From the NCBI GenBank assembly GCA_050575255.1, contig JBNZDD010013639.1:124001-188000 (forward strand): a stretch of 64,000 bases of DNA. Reading direction: 5' to 3'. Positions within the stretch are counted from its first letter, which is position 1. Each line of letters opens with the position of its first letter. Of this stretch, positions 24,971 to 37,301 are shown in pieces. This DNA comes from Harriotta raleighana. Lineage: Eukaryota. A program made the translations under genes and the position numbers. The notes beneath the pieces are model-generated. The model searched no databases. It saw only the letters and a program-made list of their open reading frames with translations, and was not told where the DNA came from.

Positions 24971-26715
24971 TTGTGTTTTGTAAGATTTAGCCTATTTACC
25001 AAGTTTCAACTACAGTAACTTCAGCTCAGGCGTGAATGGTGGCAGTTTGTCCAGATGTCAACATTAACATTGTGGACCACATGTCTGGTGCAGGCAGGCT
25101 GCTGGGCTGCTTTGCTGTTATTTTTAGCTTGTTTGGATCTGTGTGTCCTACATTCCTAGTTTCCCTCCTAGCCGGTGGCTGTTTCCTGGCTGTAAGTGCA
25201 GGAAGTTAGCATGCTCTGACACCTCTGCTTGCTCTCAGGTCATCTGCAACTTAAATCTTGCTTGGACCATGTATTTTAACCTGTCTTTGCTGGACTTCTA
25301 AAAGTACTGGCTCTCATGTCAGCAGATAAGACAGGATTTCCTTTGTAGAGTAATGTTGGGGTTGGTTCATTTCTCCCTTGTTTAACGATGAATTGCCATT
25401 CCTACTTCCTGTGTAAATACATTGTACCGGTGACTTTGCACCATCCTCCTGAAGTGAAGTGAGTTGTAAGTTGTGTTGAAATTTTGCAGGTTCCTGCTTA
25501 CAATCAATGGTTTACCATCAATATTTTGCACGTCATTTTTAGTGGTGAATTTTCTGTCAGTGTGTGTGGAATCTGAGTAACTGGGTGGGCACTCGGTCTT
25601 GTTGGGACCTACGATTAGAATCCAACCGCAGCGGGTGGGGGTCAAGGAGTGGATTCTTTGTTTGCATTAAATAGGAAATCTCGCTCGGACTACAGCTGTC
25701 ACCAGGAACATCAGAGTTGCTTTTTGAGGTAGTCGCTTAAGTTGCATTGTTATGGGAAGAGTACAGGGACAATTTTTGCTGTACCTAAATTTACCTAGTT
25801 TAGGTGGACACAGAGGATCCTACAGAATTAATGAATTCTCTCTCAGGAAATAAACATTTTCCTTTGCACCATAAGTAGTTGGATGGTGAAATACTTTATG
25901 CACAATTGACTGTTGAAGCCAAGTCCATGAGAACAATTGAAAGTAAAGTGGGTAAGTAGTTGAGGGAAGTTTAGCAAAGGAATAGAGGAGGACAGGGGTA
26001 TTAGAATATGGAGCTTCAAGGGTTGAGTTAGCACCAGCAAAGATACAATGAGCCAAACAATCTCCCTTTATTTTGTAAACTTTCCATGTCCCTTGCCCAA
26101 TATTCCTCTCTCACTCAATGAACTTGGCCATCCATCTCATTGCTCTTTACCACCACAGAACAGTTTGCTTGGTTTATCTGCATAACTGCACCACGAGAAG
26201 TCAAGACAGCTATCGCATCCAATGTTTTGAGAAGTTCTGACGTGATGGGAAGCTGTATCAAATGTAAGCCCAGGATGCAATCACTTAAAACATCTGTAGT
26301 TGATATCACTGCATGGATTGCAGATGTAATGCAACCAGACAAATAAAAGGTTGTTCCGAAATCTAAACAAAACAAAATGTGTGCGGGAGGAAAGTACAGC
26401 TGGCTGATCGACTCCAGAGCTGATTATTGGTAAATCCCCTGGCTCCCTGCTCATCTTATTTGCTCACTGAAAAATTAGATCAGTTACATAACCTTTACTG
26501 GCAATAGCAATGATAGAATTACATTCGATAAATGGTTTCAAAAATGCTCCGACTCAAGTAGTTTTCTCGCTTCACTCGGAATGTGTCGGCAATTGGTTGT
26601 GGTCAGACGTAGTCCTTGTGAAGTGGGGTTCCTGTGGGCAGCACACTTCAAATGTTATTGCCTCTGCCGTGCTAGAGTTCCCTTCACAGACACGATGGTC
26701 ATATTCATTTCACAG

Positions 26716-26807
26716 GGTCACAAGCAGGAAAGCCAAGGCTGTTTACTCGTGCGAAGCGGAACACAATTCCGAATTATCTTTCCGAGTGGGAGCAATATTT
26801 GAAAATG
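26716..26807 (+). CDS. ARHGAP10: ARHGAP10 coding exon (SH3 domain, N-terminal half)
   Basis: tttcacAG|...AATG|GTgagt; 92 nt; VTSRKAKAVYSCEAEHNSELSFRVGAIFEN, GRAF-type SH3. Confidence 0.95.
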
Positions 26808-27979
26808 GTGAGTGTGTGTTTTTTATATATACATCTACTGTAGGTAGAAAATTGAAATGACTGTAACCAGATGTGTGTTCAGGTTCAGATAAATAGAGGG
26901 TTTGTACAGTGCATTCATTGCTGCTCAGATTTTCCAATTGCACATCAAAACTGGAGTAATGAGGTTCCACTGGTGGAAGTAATAGATTAAGTTGTGAGCT
27001 ATTCTCAGGCTGTCATTGTCCAGGCCTCAGCAGTTCGACTGCAGAGGCTGCTGCAAATCGAGAGCCACATTTTTATCTCGGTTTTCACCCAGGAAACCAG
27101 AGACATTGGGTTTATTTCTGATTGCCGCGTATAAAGGAAATCATTTTAATTTCTCTTTTGGGTGACATTTGGCCCCGTGTGCTGCAGTGTTTGCTGTTCA
27201 TGGGCATTTCGGGGAAAGGGGACAAATGTGCGATGGTTAAATGTAATGCTGTCTCTCAAAAAGAAAATGAAAGTTTTCAGGCTGACAGTTTTTCATCAAG
27301 CAAACAGTTCGACTATGCACTGACTCTTGCTTTGTTTTTTGAAAAAAGCATTTTTTTCATTAAGATTAGATGAGAGCAAATGGAGTTCAGGATAAGTCTC
27401 AATGGGAACTAGATTAAAGTTCACCTTTCAGGAAACCAATGGGGATCACTCTTTAGAAAGGCATTAAGATTGCTTTATAAGGAGCATTGTTGAAAGCTGA
27501 CTGATTCTACACTATGTGTGTCCCTGTCTCGATGATTAAAGACGAAAGAATAACCATGTGGTTATGCCATGCTAATCGGGCGCAGGCCAATGAATGGATT
27601 TTCAGTACGAGGAAAGAACTCAATCCGACACATAAAAAGGCAGATTTGAATTTTGAAGTGGTTTTAGAAGCAGCAGTGGGGAGTGAGGGGTGGAGGGGCT
27701 GGCTGTTGTTAGTGCTTCTGTCTACCTTTGGATGGAAATTATTAACCTCCAGAAATTACTACTGTTCAGTGCATTTTATTTAGAACATTTGCACCCACAG
27801 ATTTGTCTCTCATCTAGGTCAGAACATTGCTTAAGTGTTTCATCTCGGATTTAAGACCCTTTCCCTAACATCTTGCATCTTCTTCCTGCCGTCAGCTGAA
27901 GTATGTATGAAATTGCTGTGCCCCTTTCACATTGGGAGGACGACCCAAAGTGCTGGACAGTCAGGGATTTGTACCTGAG

Positions 27980-28365
27980 AACAACAACAACAATTTGGAT
28001 TTATATAGCTCCCTCCATGCTGAACAGTGGGATGGAGGGGCAAGGGAAGTGTGCTGGGAGGGTTTTGTGGGCAGGGATAGGAGGCTGCCCGAAGGCGTGG
28101 TTGAAGAATAGGTCTTGAGACGAGCCATGAAGGGATGGAACAAGGTGTAGGCACTCTGGGATGGAGTTCCCAAGGGTGGGGGCAGAGGCTGAAGGCCGGT
28201 CTGCTGATAGTAGGGCACGCTGAATGGAGTATATGGAAGAAATCCGAGCCAGCTGAGCGGAGAGAATGGACAGGTTGATATGGTTTTAGCAGTTGAAAGA
28301 GTAGGAAGGAGCAATGCTGTTGGGGGCTTTGAAATCGAGGACGAGAATTTTGAACTCTATCCTTT
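27980..28365 (-). mobile_element. L2 LINE 3' fragment
   Basis: LLKPYQPVHSLRSAGS on - strand; (AAC)n tail on +. Confidence 0.82.
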
Positions 28366-28493
28366 CGAGAATAACACCAGGAGGAGAGCTGAGTTGCCTC
28401 CTGTTTAACACTAATGATCAAAAACATAATAAAACGCAGATTGCACTGAATGACACTCAGTAATTACGTTGTTTTTCTTTTATTCCCTCTCAG

Positions 28494-28588
28494 TTCATGC
28501 GTCGCGAGAACCTGGTTGGCTTGAAGGAACACTCGAGGGCAAAACAGGACTTATTCCACGAAACTATGTTGAGTTCCTGGAGCACTGA
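28494..28588 (+). CDS. ARHGAP10: ARHGAP10 terminal coding exon (SH3 C-terminal half and stop)
   Basis: ttccctctcAG|; (V)[30 protein letters not shown]; TGA at 28586-28588. Confidence 0.95.
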
Positions 28589-29176
28589 GCATTTGTGGAT
28601 TGTATACTATTCATGGTATCCATGGCTATCCTTCACAGGCTCAAGGCCCTGCCCTCCTCTCTTGCGTATACATGATAGAATCTTGTGTGAGACTGAAAGC
28701 CAGCGAGGCCACCTTATACAACTCTAAAGCTGTGCTTAAAATCCATCAAATTTTGGCCAAAGTTGTTATGTCATTTTAATCAATATATGCATTTTATTAT
28801 AAGCTTTGATGAAATAGCTATTTTTTAATGCAAATTAAGATATGAATGGTAAAAAAAAATTGGGTTCTATGGGCTTGGTGTTTCACCATATTACTTTCAG
28901 CGTTTTTAAGATTCCTGCTCTCTTAATTCTGTTATTTTGCTCTCTAATACTTGAGAGCATCTGAGAGAAAAGATTGGAGAAAAAGTTCTGTGATGCGTAT
29001 ATTGCGGTTATAGCAAACAGTTACGTTTCAGTTTTAAGAAACACTGACATTTTACTTTTTACTGAGTTTAAACATTTTTGTTTTCTTAAGTAAATTGTCT
29101 GCATTTGTCTAAAATGTAGACCAATTTCAGTTTTAGAGAATAGTGACAGAAATTCTTTCTTTATGTCTTATACTGT

Positions 29177-29182
29177 AATAAA
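29177..29182 (+). terminator. Probable ARHGAP10 polyadenylation signal
   Basis: First AATAAA after the stop (~590 nt downstream), followed by a T/GT-rich element (gatattttgtttttag). Confidence 0.6.
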
Positions 29183-29405
29183 AAGCCAGTGATATTTTGT
29201 TTTTAGTAACAGCAGTCTCATGGTTCACAATGTTTTCCAAATTGTTGTATATTAGATAAAATTATAATTGTATATACAATGGGGGCAATGTTCAGTGTAA
29301 AGGCTTCTGGCGAAGTCTGCACTATAATGGTGCACGCTTGCATTAGTGACCACAATTCTAAAAGCTTCACAATCAGACGAATGTTATTCTGTAACTGCAA
29401 CAAAA

Positions 29406-29411
29406 AATAAA
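29406..29411 (+). terminator. Possible distal ARHGAP10 polyadenylation signal
   Basis: AATAAA with a T-rich tract ~30 nt downstream (ggtttttattc). Confidence 0.35.
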
Positions 29412-29440
29412 GTTACTATCAACAAACTACTTTCAAGGTT

Positions 29441-29446
29441 TTTATT
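29441..29446 (-). terminator. Probable NR3C2 polyadenylation signal
   Basis: TTTATT on + (AATAAA on -), the first canonical hexamer I found past the NR3C2 stop; followed on the - strand by gtttgttg...tttattttttgttg. Implies a 3' UTR of ~1.65 kb. Confidence 0.55.
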
Positions 29447-30716
29447 CTTAGAATCAACACGTTAATGGGTGACTTAATTCTAAGAACTACTCACAAAAAC
29501 ATTTCTGCTGGATAATTTCAATTCCAATTAACTGAGTATGTTTAAACCATTTGAACTTAATTTACGGTTGTCTGTTTCCCATCCTCCCCCAATGGTGCAT
29601 TGGGAGAAGCCTCAAACTATTAAAGGTTGGGGCTTAAATTGGCCTCAGACCATTTATGGAAGGAGTAAGTGTTAGTTATGGATCCTCATTGTAGCCCTTG
29701 TGTGATACCTTGTGAGGACAGGATGAGGTTTGGCTATTCTCCAGTTGATTAAATAACCCGTCAAATCTCGGTTCCCCCATAAAGGACCAATTAACTGAGG
29801 GTTGGAAGGCACTCTTGGGACCTATGCACTACACGCTCCCATTATGTTAGTGCTGGTTAGGAACCTCTCTGCTGTTGCACTGATCTTCTAGGAAGAGCAT
29901 CTTAGCTGGAAACAGACTGATGTTGTCGACTTGTCTATTTATAGAGCAATTTAGGTGTCAGGAGCCACCTTGCAAGCCACGTTTCACAATGCTGCTAAAA
30001 GACTAAGCACTCGATGAGACTGGTAATATTTGCAGGGAAGAGATGTTTAAGTCTTAGCATACATGGACATCTGATTGTAACTGATGTGAAATGCCAAACA
30101 GGCTGAACATGTAACAATATAAAACAGAACTAGTAACTGAATCATATTTTTTAATATTCTTTGCCAACACAAACGTGGATGCTTAAATGCTTCCATGGAA
30201 ATATAAATCAACTTATTTAGAACTATTTTATAATTCTGCATATCATTTGGATAAGTACAGTGTATGCATTACCGAAAAGTGCTACATCAGGACTCCCAAC
30301 AGCGTAATATACAGAACTTTACAGCAAAGCACAGAAAAGAGTATGGACATCTCTGAAAAGGTTAGAAGGGACCTTGGATTCTGGGTTGTGGTTTGACCTT
30401 TCCACTCAGAATAGCTGTTCGGAAAATTGTAAGAAAAGTAAGCCGTAAGCACTTGTTTCTGCATTTTATCCAGCAGTTAGTCAGTTCCCTATTTTCTACT
30501 GCACGGAACGAACAGAGATGGAACCGAAAAAGCACTGCAACAGTGTAGCAAAAAGCAATGTTACAAAGCAAAAGTCACCAGTGACGGGCAAGAGAGGAAA
30601 ATCATTTAACATGAAAGTAATTACAAAATAGGAGAAATATTTAATATAATTCAGCTGGCAAATCTGTGTTTTTTACAGCAGGTGCTGTAAAATGGTTAAA
30701 TTAGATATGATACTAA

Positions 30717-30723
30717 AAGGCAC
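30717..30723 (-). promoter_or_regulatory. miR-124 seed match (GTGCCTT, 7mer-m8) in NR3C2 3' UTR
   Basis: aaggcac on +; second match TGCCTTA at 31041-31047; mammalian NR3C2 is a reported miR-124 target. Confidence 0.5.
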
Positions 30724-31066
30724 AGCTTTCCCTTTCTTAAATACACTGTAAACGTTGGATTTTTTTTATGCATGCAGAAACATTTCACTTTACAAAAAAA
30801 TTACTTTTTTTAAAAAAAAGACTATTACAATTTTCCTGCCAAAATATATCTCTTTCAAAAAATACTTTTCCCACGCCTCCTTTAAACCTCTGATTATATC
30901 CCTTTTCATCTAATTTACATAAGTTTCATGTTGCATCAGTTCAGGTCCTTCATTAAGCTTTCTTTAGTGTGTAGCAACATACAGGACACCAAGCCTGCGA
31001 AAATAATTTGTAAAGCCAGCAAAACAGGTGAGGGAAAGTTTAAGGCAAAGTTCTTCTTTAAGACGA

Positions 31067-31222
31067 TCACTTCTTGTGAAAATAAAGGGATTTGGTCATT
31101 CCTGTTGTGACTTCTGGCAACTGGTCGCTGATGATTTCCGCAATCATGTCTGGAAACTCGATCTTCAGTGCCTTGGACTCCACAAACGTGTAGAAACAGA
31201 ACTGCAGTAACCCACTAACAAG
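31067..31222 (-). CDS. NR3C2: NR3C2 exon 9 coding part (helices 10-12, AF-2, C-terminus)
   Basis: tattgcAG|CTTGTT...; 156 nt; [51 protein letters not shown]; keeps the Ser949 equivalent that GR lacks and ends LYFHKK like MR. Confidence 0.95.
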   Translation of the reverse strand, partial: LVSGLLQFCFYTFVESKALKIEFPDMIAEIISDQLPEVTTGMTKSLYFHKK

Positions 31223-32013
31223 CTGCAATACAAAACCGGCTGAGGTTAGGAATGGTATTTCCACGCAGCACGATCGATGTGTGCAGACATGAAATCAAGT
31301 GCTTGAGGCACTGGACAATAAAAAGTTACAGCATTAATAGCCTGAGTCACTAAAATGTCACAATTTACTAGATCTAACTACAATTCCTGCAGAGGTGGGA
31401 AAAACTTTGCCAGTTTCTGCTTCAAAACATCAGAATTATTGTTGTGTGGCTTCACACACAATGGTAACTCAATCTACAACAGATTGTCGGACACTCACAC
31501 AACCTGCATTCTGATTATCTTGACCCAATGGTATACCGTAGAAAAAATGTAAACATATGCAAAAAGTGTTTCAGCCCCAAACAATACAATAACAACAACC
31601 TTGATTTATATAGCGTCCTTCATGCGGCATAGTGCACTGTGGTACGTTATTGCAGATGTGTACATTATTATCCCTGTACTTACTGACTGTGTGCACAACC
31701 TCACACTGACTGAATTCACAAATCAATGTACACACGTTCCATTCCAGAAAACCATCATGATCCCCAGAATTAAACCAGTTTTTGTGCATTAATAAATCAA
31801 ACGATGAGGAAAATCTTTTATTTACCAATTGGTTCTCACCAAATTAATGCAGGAATTTTAGATGAACTTCAGTAAAATCAGTGTTAATGCATGGTGACAA
31901 CATCTGTACTTTGCAAGCAATTCCCATAGCTCTGGTTGACTCGAATACCAAATTTTGAGATCTATCGAGATCTTTGTGGAGGGACCTTGCTCTTCTGTAG
32001 TTGATGTGCCATA

Positions 32014-32555
32014 ATTATAATAACATAATCCTTGCATTAGATATAGCTCCTTATCACGTCTTTGAGACATCACAAAGGGCTTCACAGAATATACAGTAAA
32101 ATGAATCGACTGTATATTTGTGAGAGAAATGCACAATCTATTACACACAGCAGTGTCTGACAATCCGTTGTAGATTGATTTACCGAATTATTGTTTAATT
32201 TTTTTGGGGAAGGAATTATTACCCCTGGAAAACCGATGCCTAATTGGATAAGAAAATTTGCCGAAAACTTCGCCCTGCCCAGAAATTGAACCCAAGTCCT
32301 TTTACTTGCAAGGACCACTGAGGTAAAGGACTGCATTCCTCTGTTTACCTAGCAGTAAGTAGGAACCTGATTGTTAGTCGATTGGTGAATCGTTTTCTGG
32401 AGGTAAAAATCTCTTAAAAACCTTGCTTCAATGTATTCTAGATTTCTAATTACTTCCAGGTGAACAGTGTGGAAAAAGAAATTTGCCTAATGTTTTGCCC
32501 TGTCCAGGAAACTAAACCCGGGTCTGCTCTCTTGTAAAACGAGTGCTGTAACCAA
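32014..32555 (-). mobile_element. Cluster of SINE pieces (32014-32330 -, 32337-32420 +, 32480-32555 -)
   Basis: Tail, core and head on -, an inverted internal segment on +, then a second head on -. Confidence 0.7.
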
Positions 32556-33092
32556 TACATTGGTTTTCATTATTTCATCCACATTGCAGTTGAGTGAACA
32601 TCCGGCTATCCAGAGTGGGACAATTGGTCTGTCATTTTATTTCATTGTTAATTAACTTTGGGACTGACATCACAACTTTAATTGATATAGATTATTGGAT
32701 GTGTATCAGCCTCGCTCAGACACTTTCATTTTTAAATCAGAAGATTATGGGTTCAACCCCCCATTAGGATTTGGGAGTTTCTCCTGTGGTCCTGGCCAAC
32801 AAATCCCTCAAATAAAAATTGGTCTCTGTTTGTGGGACACTACCGTGCTGTGTTTCACCTATAAAATAAGTCAATTCAATCCACTTTATAGTATATGCTG
32901 TAAAATTCTTTGAGTCTCAACAAATTGATAAGGCACTATATGAAATACAAGGATTATTATTTATTATTATTATTAATGAATAACTCAACTGTTATAGTTT
33001 AGTTTTGTTAAAAGAAAAGACACAATAAAATGAGTATTGCTTTCTAAAATCAGACTGTTTTTGGTTGAGATATTGGCTGAAACTTCACATTA

Positions 33093-33415
33093 GCTCTCGT
33101 AGCTCAGTGGTTAAAGCACTCATTTTACAAGCGTGAGACCTGTATTCAAATCCAGGCAGATTAGGACAAAACCTTGGGCAAGTATCCTTACTCTACATGC
33201 CTAATAATAATCCATCCCAAAAAAACACAATAATAAAAATTGGTAATTTTCAATCCACGACTGTTTGTGGGACACTGCTTTACGCAATTGGCTGCCGCGT
33301 TTCGCCCACAAAATATATACAGTCAATTCACTTTACAGTATATACTGTGAAGCGCTTTGAGACGGCGATAAGATGTGAAAAGCGCTATATCAAATGCAAA
33401 GATTATTATTATTAT
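33093..33415 (+). mobile_element. tRNA-Val-headed Deu-type SINE, full length
   Basis: gtagctcagtggttaaagcac...ggctgccgcgtttcgcccaca...gcgctatatcaaatgcaaagattattattattat; CpGs retained. Confidence 0.9.
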
Positions 33416-34230
33416 AGTCGGATCTTACTAGGTCTGCAATCGCCCATGAGAATAGAATCAATGTTTATTTTTTAACTTGAAGCTTGAGATCAATTAAGTT
33501 TAAAATACATGGATCTGGTCTAAGGCTTCCTCCCAACCCTACTTTGGGAGATGATTTCACAAATTGAAATCGATGCTTTGACTGCGATTTAATAGGATTC
33601 GCATTACAGCTACAATTAGCTCAGACGATCTGTAATGTTATCAAAGAGCTTGTTGCACTTCATAACATCAAGAATCTTATCAGATTTTGGTGTAGACTCG
33701 TTCCACCAGCAAATTAGTGCCTTGGGATGTCCTCCTGCATAAAAGGTGCTATACAAGTGCAATTTTATTGTTGTTGGCACAGAGCTCTTCTCATCCTTCA
33801 GCCAATGTCACTTTATAATGAAAAATATGAATGTTGTATAAATGCCCTGCTCCAAATCACTTTCATAATTTAACAATACAATGGATCTTAGGAATGGCAG
33901 GTTGTGGTGGGAAATGTCACCTCCAAGCATTTACACTTTACAGTCAAAGTAAATGTATTCATCTACAAGTTTCACAGTCACTATGATTTACAGTAAAGCA
34001 CTTTTGAGTCATTGCAATGACTCTATATTGAAATGAAGGATAATATTTTTTAGGGCAGATCGAATTGAAGTCTCTTGGGATGGTATGACTCACTTGTTAT
34101 TTTCAGGACTCTGTGTGTGTGACCTGGAGACTCTTCAGTGAGTGCTCTAGATGGCAGTCTGAGAGCCCGAGCAAAATATCCTCAAGAAATTTGACTACAG
34201 AAATCATGAAATACTATATCTGAACCTTAC

Positions 34231-34388
34231 CTCGTGCATACAGTCAAGGATTTTGGTCAGATGATAAAACCGTTGCCAGTTTTGCCCAGAGTTATTTTCG
34301 TTTCTTGCTATGATTCTCCTCAGCTCTTTAATGTAATTTGCCCTCATTTCCTCGAAAATAGCCTGACTGTTCAAGCCGTTTTTCGGAA
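34231..34388 (-). CDS. NR3C2: NR3C2 exon 8
   Basis: tacacAG|...GAG|GTaagg; 158 nt; (I)[52 protein letters not shown]. Confidence 0.96.
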
Positions 34389-37301
34389 CTGTGTAGCAAA
34401 AAGACAAAGGAATATTTCTGTTAGTGAGCATGTAAACAAATGTTTTTTTCTAATATAAAGATTAACTCTATTTAAAGTCCCAGCAAAGCGGATCATCCGC
34501 TGCCTTCGGACAACAATGGACTAGAAAGCGTGCATTGTGTTTGAATAGTCTGTACTGGAATAAGTTCAAGTATTCTCATGCGAGGGGCATTTTGCCTCCA
34601 GGCCCTCAGATATACTGTCTAAAACAATAGTTCGACACTGTGCATATAAAAAGGCTTGTGGGCAACGTCTGCATCCTGATGCTTATTCGCAAGTAGGAGG
34701 AAACAGTGAAAACTTTCCAGGTTCCTGCACAGCCCCATTCTCTGTTGAGTTTGTCAAAAGTCCTCAGCTCATCTGACAACATTTCCTAGTTATTTATAAA
34801 ATCTACCTTTATTGAAAAAGTCCTGAATTGCAGGACTGGAGAAACGCAGCAGTCAGAAAATCTTCCAGATTTGTGGTTTGCTGTCCGATACAGCAAAGAC
34901 TCCACAAGAGCCATCCACCGAAAGAAATGCAAATGTGATAAGATACATGATTCATTACACATGAAGTGTGTTGGAAAGCTTAGTGAAGTGGAAAGCTCAA
35001 AATTTGTGACGGCCCTTCAAACAGCTCTTCTGTGATTGGCACAAATTCACAGCCAGTGAGGCCCCATTGTTGTAGATGTCTGTGATTTTATGTTTGTCGC
35101 ACCTCCTTTTTAGAAATTGTGATAAATTCTATCACAGGAGTAGAATATAAGTTAAACAAGCTGACTTGCAATTCTCTGATAAGAACATAGGTTAGGAGAA
35201 GGGCTTTTAGCTTATTCAGCTTTTCCGGCCATTGTAATTGACGGAATCTCTTTATCATTCTACCCATTTATTTCCATATTACTACACAAGGGTATCTATC
35301 TTTTTTCTCCGTGCTATGCCTCTACATCTATTGCATATGGGTGCAGTTCACAGCACATTCTCACAACTCTGTGTGAAATCGTTTCTGAATTCACATTTAC
35401 TTGGCTTAGCTCTATTTTAAAATTATATATGTTGGAGATGTATGTGTGTGTGAGGGGATGTTGCCTAAATTCATAATTTAATGCAGTACAAATTTACATT
35501 CATATAGTGCATTTCATATCAGGAGGATGTCCCAAGGCATTTAAATTACTCTCTGGTTGTTTAATGTCTGAGATGTTACATTATTTGCAATAGTTCCCCT
35601 CGATTCTGAGGAGTTTCACATATTGTTTGCACACCAACCACTATTTTTGATACAGTGGCATGCTTTTCAGTAAAATAACCCTCAGGTATGTAGGCTTGAA
35701 ATTACTCTAACTCATAAAGAAATTGAAATATATTTGGTAATAGGAATCTTAGGGATAAAATATCGCTGACCACTAGGCTCCAAATCTCTGGCTTTTCCTG
35801 TCTCAATCCTTCCATCTTGCCCCTTCTTTAGCCTTCTTCAAATCAAACCTGAAGGCTTTCCTCTTTAACCTTTGATCACCTCCTCTCTCTTTCCCGCTGT
35901 GATGTGCTCTGAGGCACAATCTGCACTAAGGGCACTATATAAAGACAAGTTGTTGTTGATAAGTGAAATGAATAACCTCGGCAGTATGCACCCATACTCT
36001 GTTATAAACCAGGTAAGATCCTTTACCCAACAGCAGAATTGCGCCTCTCTGACACTGAATTCAATAAATCAAAGCAATGGGAAAATTTGATGCCTGACAG
36101 GTGATCTGAAATCTTCGGCTTTGTTATTGTGGCCTGATGTCAAACAACGAGATTGCTATTCGTTCTGAGAGACTTTACTTTGTGAGAAGGTAACTATATA
36201 AATGCAAGTTGTTGTTGAAGGATCTGATGAAGTTTTCATTAAACGTCCTGCAGTTGGCATCAATCACTGAGCATTGCTACATAAGTAAATTCTTGAGTCT
36301 GGACTGATGTTGTACTGGCAAACAGAATGTCAATCAATCGTTGGACTTTTGGCCATTTTGCAACAACTAAACCTGTGTAATACTTCCGAGTATTGTTGGT
36401 TTTTATTTTATTGAAAAGAACCCTCGATTCCCCAGTACTTTTTTTTAATGATTTACATTTGAACTATTGATCCCCAATTGGCATGAGATTATTTAGGAAC
36501 GGAAGCTGTTGTGTGTTAGCCTCGCCTCCTGATTTGTGACTGAAATCGGGTGATTCCCTGGCCAAGGTAGGTCAAAAATCAGCTACAAGTCTCGCCATTC
36601 GGAAAGCTGACAAAGGCTGGTTTGCTCTTACGGTCAAGAGTTTTAATTTAGGGCTGTTACTCATCCAAGAAATGGTCTGAACAATCAGACAAAAAGGCCA
36701 GAAAGCAAAACTGGGCTTTTACCAGTCTTCAGGTCTGCAAGGTTACCAGGAATTATTTTACCATTTATGTCTCAAAACGGAAGTCTACTGTATTATCACA
36801 GCAGTTTCTCGCTGGCGAATGCCATCATTTTCAACTCTTTAATACTGCAGCATACAAATGGTTACAAATAAACCCACTAAAATTTGGCTGCATTTCCCAT
36901 ATGAACTCATGAAAATCAGACACATTAGGTCATGAATCATATCCAACTGGGCCTAAAACAAAATCTCCCTTGCAGTTTGACAGTGTTTGGAAATAGCTAA
37001 CCTGTTATAATCACTAGTTACTGTTCGCATTTAAGACTGACTTAGACTAGGGGTCTTTGAATCAGCTCAGAAAGGTTTGAAATGATGCCCACAAAGTGGG
37101 AAACAATCTTGGCAGTGAAACATGCCATGGTCTGTACAGCCAGGTTTGGGCACTATCATTATTCAGAAGTTGGGTGGGTGGTGCAGAAGGGAGATTTGAA
37201 ACCACATTTTAATGCAATTCCTTGAATCAAAGGAATGACATCTGTTTAGCACTGCCAAAATTTCAACCCCCTTTAGGTTTACTAGATATGGAACTGCCTA
37301 C

